A program made the position numbers and the translations under genes. This document shows, piece after piece, positions 17,139 through 25,200 of a stretch of 51,160 nt of DNA (within the stretch, counting starts at the first letter, position 1; every line of letters starts with the position of its first letter). Under the pieces are notes generated by a model. The model saw only the letters and a list, made by a program, of their open reading frames with translations, was not told the origin of the DNA and did no database searches. The stretch comes from a virus. Location: positions 1 to 51,160 of IMG/VR virus record IMGVR_UViG_3300049218_000313; one strand, 5' to 3'.

Positions 17139-18051
17139 GGTTCAAGTCCTTGAGGGGGGCGACGTCGACAGTGTGGTTGCCGCCGGTCAGCTGGTGGACA
17201 GATGGCATCGACACTGGGTTGGTACGTAGCGCGATCGACTGCAGCTGCGCACGCATCTCGTCTTCTGGTTTCACAACCATCTGCAGCAGCTCTTCGAGTA
17301 TCCGACTGCCCGTGATGTAGTTCAAGAACTTCTGGCTATCACCGGGCCCATCTTGGTGCGCAGCTTCGACCGCACGCATGACGGCGATGTCCCGCAGCTC
17401 CATCATCTTCTGGGAGAGCTCGAGCTTGCCGAGCTTCATGCCCAGGCGCATCTGCGCAAGCGTCGCCGTCGTGGGCGAGAAGGGCATGTCGGCTGCCACC
17501 TTGCGCGGGTCCTTGTAGTAGGCCGACATCAGAACCTTCTTCTTGTCCGCGAACGCCGGAACGTCGTCCACGGCGTTTTCGACGCGCATCTGCAGAAGTA
17601 CCCGCCACTGCGTGCTGTCGAGCAGGTTCACGTTCCAGAAGTAGTGCTGGTAGAGCTCGAGCGCCGCGGGAGTGGTGTACACCCCGCGGTTGCGGGTGAT
17701 GAAGGAAGCGATGGCCGAGAGAGGCACCTGCACGAGAAGCATCGCCTCAGCGAACTCCTTGGCGCGCGGCGTGCGCAGTAGCTCGAGGGCCATCTTCATC
17801 TCCAGCGTGCGCTGGAACATCCGCTGGATGCGTTCCTGGATGACGAACTTCAGCGACGGCAGGTGCCCTTCTTCCTCGGGGTAGAAGGGCGTAGGGGGTC
17901 GCAGGTCCGCTCGCAGGTCCGCGATGTATTCGGCCGAGATGAAGTCGAGGCCCTCTCTCAGGAGGCGCTTCTTGATGGCGGCCGTGTCGTACTTGTCGGG
18001 GTGAACCAGCAGGTACTTGATGTAGTACTCGGCCGGGCTGCGAAGGTACAT
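17065..18051 (-). CDS. Hypothetical protein (328 aa, helical)
   Basis: Starts 1 nt after the upstream stop and has phage-like codon usage. Its position near terL would fit a terminase small subunit, but no motif supports that. Confidence 0.7.
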   Translation of the reverse strand: MYLRSPAEYYIKYLLVHPDKYDTAAIKKRLLREGLDFISAEYIADLRADLRPPTPFYPEEEGHLPSLKFVIQERIQRMFQRTLEMKMALELLRTPRAKEFAEAMLLVQVPLSAIASFITRNRGVYTTPAALELYQHYFWNVNLLDSTQWRVLLQMRVENAVDDVPAFADKKKVLMSAYYKDPRKVAADMPFSPTTATLAQMRLGMKLGKLELSQKMMELRDIAVMRAVEAAHQDGPGDSQKFLNYITGSRILEELLQMVVKPEDEMRAQLQSIALRTNPVSMPSVHQLTGGNHTVDVAPLKDLNHDDPPEYDAQPQAGQRDGGAGADS

Positions 18052-18052
18052 C

Positions 18053-20317
18053 TCACTGCTTCTGGAAGGCGAGGACCTTGAGGCCCTCCAGCACGTCCTC
18101 CGTGGAACGGATGGCCTTCTCGAGTGCGGGGGTGGGGACCTCGCGCAGCCCGAGGCGGGCGGCGAGAAGGAGCTCGCACATCTTCATCTGGGCGTCGTCG
18201 ATGACCGGCATCGCCGAGATGAAGGTGCCGAGGTTCTCGGGGTTGAGGAAGCCTAGCGAGAGCACCGTGTCGACGGCGACGGGGTCGGGGATGACCGCCG
18301 CCTCCTTCCACAGGTCCACGCGCAAGTCGGGCGCGTTCTCGAGGACACGGACGGCAGCAGCCCCCGCCTCGTCGAGCGCGGCGGCGGCGATCTTGATGTG
18401 CCGCGCGACGCGCACGTTGACGGGAGTGCTCCAGGCGGCCGCCTCACCCAGCTTCTTCTGGATGTAGTCGGTCCCGGCGCCGAGTCCCGACAGAAGGAAC
18501 ACGGTGTCGTCGAGCGACAGGAAGTGCGTCTCCTCGCTGGCGAGCTTGTCGACCGGGAAGCCGTCAACGGAAAAGCTGTCGGCCCCCCCGTAGCGCAAGG
18601 TCACGGCAGCGAGCGCCTGGGCTGCCTTCTTCTCCTGCCCCATGCCCTCGGGGTCACCGACGAGCGCCGTCTCCTCCGCCTCGTCGAGGGGGAGCCAAGA
18701 GAAAGTGTCGGGAACGAGCAGCAGCCCGCTCTCGGGCTCGGGCGTAATGTTCTCGAGGTTGGGCTGAACGACGACCTGCACCTCGCGCCCATCGTAGGTC
18801 TCGGCGTGCAGGGTGACGCCGCCCTGCTCAGGCGAGTCCATGGTGGCCTTGATCGTCATCGGCACGGTCGCCTCGGCATGGCCATTGGGCAGAGTGCGGT
18901 AGAAGGCGCCCTTGCCACGAGGCGGCCCTTCAATCAGGTTGGCGCCCTCGCTGACCAGGACGCCCACGATGTCCCCCTGCACGGCCATCTGGCTGCCGTT
19001 GGTGAATAGAGCGATGGGCAGTGCGGTGCCGTCGGCGTCAATGAGGTTCGGGAAGACGTAGCCGATGAGCTCACGGCCCTGCTCGTCCTGCACCTTGTAG
19101 ATGCCGAACTGGCTGACGAGCTCCGGCTTCTCCGCCTCGGGACTCTCGGCCTCCTCCACTCCCTCGCCGAGCGCCATCGTTGCCGAGCCTGTGGTGTCGG
19201 CCGCGAGCACGACCTTGGCGCCGAGCAAACGCACGGCCTCGCCGCGGTCGAGGTGCCTCTCCTCGGGCAGCCAGCAAACGTGGCTGGCGGTCTTGAGCGT
19301 GTAGCCCTCGGCCTCCTTGCGCAGCTGTACGACCGTCGGCTTGATGTTTTGCAGCACGGAGCTGGCGAGCTTGCGCGTCGAGCTGGGCTCGTACTCGACG
19401 AGCATCTTGAGCGCGTCTCCCGCGGCCGCGCCATTGGCCACGTAAGCTGCCCAGAGTCCACGATCATGGGCAAGCTTGTTGGCGAAGGCGGTGTAGTCGG
19501 CCGAGCGAATAGTCGGCAGCACGCGGGCAAGCACAGAGCCAGTCTTGTGCATGCGGTTGAAACGCAGCCAGGCCTCCTCAGGCTCGCAGAGGTCAACGTC
19601 TGCGACGGAGCCGATCTTGTTGGCGGCGTAGGTGGCAACCGTCTGCAGCTTCTTGCCGAGCGGAGTGCCGACGTTGCGCGCGGCCGCGCTCTGCGTGAGG
19701 CGGGAGACGCGAGCCAGCCGCGCCGGGTCGGTGACCTTGCTAACGCCGGCGAGGCCCTTGGCCATCTCCGGCCCGAGGGCCTCCTTGACGCTGCCCTCTT
19801 TGCCCATGCCAACATTCATCGTCGCGCCACCGCCGCCGAACCCGTAGTTCTGACGGTACGGCGGGTAGAGCTGCCCAATCATGGACATGTCGCCGGGGCC
19901 GCGGCCGGTGATGTCGAAGGCCTGCGGGCGGAAGATGGTCTGGCGCAGACGGGCCTCGGTCAGGGGCAGCACCTTCGAGTCGTCGGTGACCAGCAGGTCG
20001 AGCGGCTGCAGCTTGCGGTCCTTGATGACGACGGGGATGCGCGCGCTCTTGATGCCCGCGGAGGCCATCGCGTCGGGGTCCGCACCGTGCTGGATCTCGG
20101 TCTTGTTCTGCACCTCGATGTGCCCGAAGCCGAAGCCACGCTCGGCGTCGACGCGGTCCATCGTGACGTGCGGCTCGAAGTCCGCGATGTAGGGAACCTG
20201 CTTGAACAGCTCCTGCATCAACTCGTTCGGCCACGAGTTGGCGTCCTCGGGAAGCATGACCTCACTTCCGAGTTTCTCAAAGACAACATCCGGCTCGAAG
20301 AACAGGGGCTGGGCCAT
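18053..20317 (-). CDS. Large virion/inner-head protein (754 aa), KxA/KxG-rich
   Basis: SD GAGAGGGAATCCC-ATG and about 13 KxA/KxG sites; lies in the structural operon. Confidence 0.7.
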   Translation of the reverse strand: MAQPLFFEPDVVFEKLGSEVMLPEDANSWPNELMQELFKQVPYIADFEPHVTMDRVDAERGFGFGHIEVQNKTEIQHGADPDAMASAGIKSARIPVVIKDRKLQPLDLLVTDDSKVLPLTEARLRQTIFRPQAFDITGRGPGDMSMIGQLYPPYRQNYGFGGGGATMNVGMGKEGSVKEALGPEMAKGLAGVSKVTDPARLARVSRLTQSAAARNVGTPLGKKLQTVATYAANKIGSVADVDLCEPEEAWLRFNRMHKTGSVLARVLPTIRSADYTAFANKLAHDRGLWAAYVANGAAAGDALKMLVEYEPSSTRKLASSVLQNIKPTVVQLRKEAEGYTLKTASHVCWLPEERHLDRGEAVRLLGAKVVLAADTTGSATMALGEGVEEAESPEAEKPELVSQFGIYKVQDEQGRELIGYVFPNLIDADGTALPIALFTNGSQMAVQGDIVGVLVSEGANLIEGPPRGKGAFYRTLPNGHAEATVPMTIKATMDSPEQGGVTLHAETYDGREVQVVVQPNLENITPEPESGLLLVPDTFSWLPLDEAEETALVGDPEGMGQEKKAAQALAAVTLRYGGADSFSVDGFPVDKLASEETHFLSLDDTVFLLSGLGAGTDYIQKKLGEAAAWSTPVNVRVARHIKIAAAALDEAGAAAVRVLENAPDLRVDLWKEAAVIPDPVAVDTVLSLGFLNPENLGTFISAMPVIDDAQMKMCELLLAARLGLREVPTPALEKAIRSTEDVLEGLKVLAFQKQ

Positions 20318-20328
20318 GGGATTCCCTC

Positions 20329-20982
20329 TCAGGACGTCAACAGGATAGCCGACAGGGAGGCAGAAGCCGAAGGGGACTTGGTGAGGATCATGACGCCGTA
20401 GACCTGGTCGGTGGGGTAGATGGCCGTCGGCGAGCCGATGGGGCCCGTTGTCAGGGCCTGGTAGTCGAAGCCCGAGTCCTCGAGCGTGGTGAACGAGTCG
20501 TAGCCGACAGCAAGAAGAACGAAGGGCCCGGCCGTGAGCGCTTCTTGTAGTTCCGCGAGCAGGTTGATGGCTGGCAGCTTCACCGCGAGCGCGGCCTCGA
20601 TGAGCAAGCCCACACCGCTCACGTTCAGCGACAACCCAGCGCTGATCGACAGCGACGCCGAGAGCGTAGCTGCGAGCTGGGCGGCGATGTTGGGCAAGCC
20701 CAGTGTGAGGATGAGGCTGACCTGCGCCTGGATCTGCACGAAGGCGGCAATGAGGGCCTCGAGGGCCGCGAAGGGGTCAGAGATCTGCAGGGTGACCTGC
20801 GCCTGCACACCGATGGCCGCACTAAGCTGCGCCGAGAGGTCCGCTGCGAGGGCGCCCAGACCGAAAGAACCCGTCAGCATCAAGTCGAACTGAGCGAGCA
20901 GGGGGACCAGAAGACCGATCTGCGCAGTAAGCCCGACGTTGATGGCCCCGAGCGGGAACTCTCCGATGTACGCGACGCTCAT
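20329..20982 (-). CDS. Hydrophobic Ala/Leu-rich baseplate-associated or membrane protein (217 aa)
   Basis: ATGA overlap with the spike gene; almost no charged residues. Confidence 0.65.
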   Translation of the reverse strand: MSVAYIGEFPLGAINVGLTAQIGLLVPLLAQFDLMLTGSFGLGALAADLSAQLSAAIGVQAQVTLQISDPFAALEALIAAFVQIQAQVSLILTLGLPNIAAQLAATLSASLSISAGLSLNVSGVGLLIEAALAVKLPAINLLAELQEALTAGPFVLLAVGYDSFTTLEDSGFDYQALTTGPIGSPTAIYPTDQVYGVMILTKSPSASASLSAILLTS

Positions 20983-22241
20983 GCCAGCACCGCAGGATTA
21001 CCCGTGAGGATGCTCCCGTAGATGGGGCCCGTCGTCAGAACCGCCGGGTTGGGGCCTGCGGACGGCGGGTTGGTGAAGGTGACGACACAAGGCACTGCCG
21101 CCGCCTGCACGCTCACCAAGTCAGACAGACGAGCCACGCCCGACTGGCCCGCGCCGAGGCGTACGACGCTGCCCTTGACGTGGGTGTATGCGCCGCCGTC
21201 GATGTCGAAGCCGTTCTTCGCGGTCATCGACGCCGTGTCGTTCGCCTCGAGGGCGAAAGGCTGCGTGAGCTTGAACGTGAGCTGCTTGGCGACCTGAATC
21301 ATCAGGTTGCCTTCTGTGCGCAGCAGCGTGTTGCCCTGCCGGTCGAAGGTGAACTTCAGCACCGAGTCCTGCACCGTGGCCGTTGCGTCGGCAAGGTCTC
21401 CGCTCTGGGCGACGAAGCCCTTCGGGCTGACGGTCACCTCGAAGATGATCGGGTTGCTGCCCTGCCCATCATCGCCCTGCGCCACCCCGGCCTCGACTAG
21501 AGTCACACCTCCGTCGGGTTCTGGCACCGGGCTGTAGACCTTGCCGCACGCGAGCTTGATGTCGGCGTACTGGTCGGCCGTGAAGATGCGGAAGGTCTGC
21601 ATGTACTGGCTGGCGATCTGCGTCTGCGAGGGGCCCGTCTGCAAGCCCCAGACTATGGAGCCGTTGGAGTTGTGGTGCTCGTAGTTCTCGCTGATGTCCG
21701 TGACGAGGTTGTTCAGCGGGATGAAGATGCGCTGCGCGAGCTCGGTAGCGCCGATCTGAAGGACGCCGCCGCGGTGCAGGATGACGAAGTTGTCGTCGCG
21801 CGTGCGCATCCAGATGTCACCCGGCACTGGCTGCGGGCGGCCACCAGCGAACGAAGCGTCAGTGGGGTTGGGTGTCTGCTGACCGTGCGAAGTCGTGCCC
21901 GCGGGCGCATCGTCGGCCGAGTCGTTGACTGTCTCTACGGCCATGACGAAGGCAATCACGAAGGGCGGCGAGCTGTCCGACGGCAGGCAGACCATGGCGG
22001 TGGCACCTACCTCGGGAAAGACGGAGATCCCCTCGCCGTTGGAGTGGTGCAAGTAGGGTGAGGACACCTGGATGTTGAAGTACCTCTTGCGGTCGTACTG
22101 CGCGATGATGTCGACCGTCCACTTCGTGAGGTTGATGTTCACGATGCTGCCCTGCACGATGCGCGCAGCCACATGCCCCTCTTTCGAGGTCATGGAGGTA
22201 CGGAACTTCGTGGAGTTGAACTGTCTCTCGGAGGAGTCCAT
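20979..22241 (-). CDS. Baseplate spike/hub protein (gpV/gp5-like OB fold plus beta-helix)
   Basis: N-terminal GSIVNIN..WTVD...FPEVGATAMV OB-fold pattern, C-terminal beta-repeat region and GVARLSDLV spike-tip-like motif. Confidence 0.6.
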   Translation of the reverse strand: MDSSERQFNSTKFRTSMTSKEGHVAARIVQGSIVNINLTKWTVDIIAQYDRKRYFNIQVSSPYLHHSNGEGISVFPEVGATAMVCLPSDSSPPFVIAFVMAVETVNDSADDAPAGTTSHGQQTPNPTDASFAGGRPQPVPGDIWMRTRDDNFVILHRGGVLQIGATELAQRIFIPLNNLVTDISENYEHHNSNGSIVWGLQTGPSQTQIASQYMQTFRIFTADQYADIKLACGKVYSPVPEPDGGVTLVEAGVAQGDDGQGSNPIIFEVTVSPKGFVAQSGDLADATATVQDSVLKFTFDRQGNTLLRTEGNLMIQVAKQLTFKLTQPFALEANDTASMTAKNGFDIDGGAYTHVKGSVVRLGAGQSGVARLSDLVSVQAAAVPCVVTFTNPPSAGPNPAVLTTGPIYGSILTGNPAVLA

Positions 22242-22244
22242 CGC

Positions 22245-25200
22245 TCAGTAGTGGTGTGCGGGCACGTCCTTGAGGTGCTCCATCCCGGGCTTGAGCGAGT
22301 CCTTCGAGGTGAGACCGAACTCCGCACCGTAGGCCAACGCAGGCACGGGGTGGGTGCCGTGCAGGTGTGAGACACTGTTCGTCGCCGCAGCTTCTGCCAG
22401 CGTCTCACGGAGCTTCTCGTGCTGCAGCTTCGCCATCCAGTCTTCTTGTAGCTCAAGAGGCATGACCTGGATACCCCTGAGGACCGGCTTGTGTTCGATG
22501 GGCTTCTTGCCCTCTCGCACGAGCTCCTGGTTCATCTTGTGGATGACGTTGAGCGGGCGGTAGTCGCCGCGCAGTACGTCCGGGTGGTCCCCGGGATCGA
22601 CGATCTCCGTGAGGTTGCCCATGGCGCGCACCACCGTCTCGATGGCGCGGCGCTTTACCCCCTCCCCCTCGTACAGGTTGTAGATCTCCTTGGCGAGGTG
22701 GTTCTGAACCTCCTCCATGGAGCCCGTGGCCCTGTACAGATGGTGTGGGTTCACGAAGGTGCGGTTGGGGTCGGACAGGTTCTCGCCGGCCTTGACGTGC
22801 TGACCGACAGTAGGTGGCGACCAGGGGATGTAGTCCGCAGCCAGGGCTGCGTGCGGCAGGCTCTGGTGTAGCGGAGCTCCACTCGGGTCCTTGCCGACGT
22901 GGTGCGCCACCCCGTCGATGAAGATGTCTACCCCCGTGGCCGTGGGCTGGATCTTCTCGACCTTGCCACTCTTCATCGCCAGCGTGGCCTCGTCAGCAAT
23001 CTTCCTGGGCAGGTCGGTCAGCTGCTCGACCCGCTTGAAGGAGTTCAGCGCCTTGGACCCCTCACCCGCACCGCCGGTGTGGAAGCTCTTCATCGCCAGC
23101 TGCACCGAGCGCTCCCCCACAGTCTGCGCCGCCATGACGCCGAGGTTGGTACCGAGCTCGTACTCACGCCCGCTCGAGCTCAGGCCGGCGCACTTCTGAC
23201 AGATGCCCTTCTCGCTCTCGCACTTGAGTGGAGAGCGCACGACGATGCGTGCGTCCTTCTTCGCTGCCTTGATCTGACGCACGACGTCGGGCGACAGCAG
23301 CGTGCCCGGGGGGAAGTCGAGATGGCCCTGCTTGAAGCCCTGTTGCAAGTAGCGGTCGTGGACGTCCTTCTCGTTGATGTCGAGCACGATGCCCTTGGAA
23401 GTGCCGCAGTCGGGCTCGTTCACCAGGATGTTCATCGTGTTGTTCATCAAGAGCTTGGTCATGTACCCAGGCCCGCTGACCTCCTGCACCTTCATGACCG
23501 TGCCGCGGCGGGCGCCGTGTAGCTGCGTCCAGTAGCCGCCCACGTCGAGCCCTTCCGAGTAGCTCTTGGTCACAGGCGTCGGGATGGGGCGATCGGCCGA
23601 GTCCTTGTAGATCATCGGCGCCAGCACCATCTGCTTGTACTGGTCCCACTCCGGCTTCACACCTGCCTTGTACATCGTGAAGAGGTTGTTCGGGTGCTTC
23701 TCCTGCTCCTTCTCGTGCAGCGCCTGCATCTCCTTCTCGGCCTGGCGGTAGACCGCGACTGACTGCCGGTCCTTCTCAGCCAGTGTTCCCTTGCCGCCGT
23801 GGATGTTGTCGACCTTCTGGTGTGCGACGCCCAGTACGTGCGAGCGCACGCGGGTGTCCGGCGTGAAGTCGCTGAGCGATAGCGTGTGAGCTCCGACCGG
23901 GATGTCGATGGTCTTCTTCGGGTCGGTGGCCGCCACGGGACTGCTGCCCATGGAGTGGAACGACAGGATGTGCCCTGCCGCGTTGGGGCGCGGCACGGTG
24001 ACGATGCCGAACGCAGCGCCGTTGCCGAGGTCCTTCATCCGGTTGACGATCTCACCGTACTTCGACGAGTGAACCGGGTCCTTGCCGATCTGCGTGAGCA
24101 GCGCGCTCAGGCCTTTCTTGTCGATGCGGTAGTCGAGGTCGTGCAGCGTCTTGGCAGCCATGTCCTCGGGTAGCGCGCTGGCCAATAGAACGCGCCCTGC
24201 CGTGGTCTTCTTGCCGTCCATGTGGACGATGTCGGTGGCGTGGATGTCGCCCTTGTTCACCGCCTCGAGCACTGCGCCGGGGTGAGCGAACGTCTTGTGA
24301 CTGTCCTTGCCGACGAGCGAGAGCTTGTAGAGACCGAGCGCGCTCTCGAGAGTGGGCTGGTACATCACCTTGCCCGTCGCCTCACTGAAGAGGTTGTTCG
24401 AGGGCATCATCTTGCGCGCCTCGGCCACCGCCTCGCGCGTGATGGGAACGAAGGCGCTCATCGTGTCGCCGTCGAAGTCGGCGTTGAAGCCGCCCACGAC
24501 GAGCGGGTGGATCTTGATGGCGTTGCCCTCGACGACCCTGGGCTTGAAGCCCTGTACGCCGTACTTGTGCAAGACAGGGTCGCGCTTGAGCAGCAGCGGG
24601 TGCTCGTCCATCGCCTTGTCGAGCGCGCGCCACACCGCCGGCGTCTTCTTCATCAGCGCGTCGGGTCCACCGAGCGCGTTCTTGATGACGCCCATGTCGA
24701 CCAGCTTTCGGATGACGAACGGGCGGTAGAGGTCGAGCGCGGCGTGCTTGGGGATACCCACCTCGTCCAGTCCGAGAGCCGGCTCAGGGACGATGGTCGA
24801 GCGCATAGTCAGGTCCTGTCGTCGCTCGGTGAGCCTGTCCTGGAAGAAGCCGTTCTTCGGGGAGTTGCCGGAGATCTGATGCAAGAGGCCTTTGTGCTCG
24901 GCGCTCTCGTAGCTCTTGCCGAAGCCGATGATGGCCTTCACGCCGTCGTAGTAGTCGCGACGAAGGTCCTTCTTGTCGTCGTCGGTGAGGTTCTTGGCAA
25001 GCACCGGGTCCTTGAGCTTGTCGTTGAACTTCGCGAAGTCGGAGTAGAGCGTGTTGACGTCGGCGAACTTGATGCTGCCATCGGGCAGCTGAGAGACCGG
25101 GCGCATCACCGGCGGGATGACCGGCAGGTTATGCAGAATGTACGCCTCGCTCGGCTTGAGCTTCAGCTGGTCGAGCGCGCGCAGGTACTTCACCTTCTTG

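Noticed and set aside
17065-18051. Possible sigma factor or terminase small subunit
   Set aside because: Helical and suitably placed, but no recognisable sigma region 2/4 or TerS motif; an HHpred or Foldseek search is needed.
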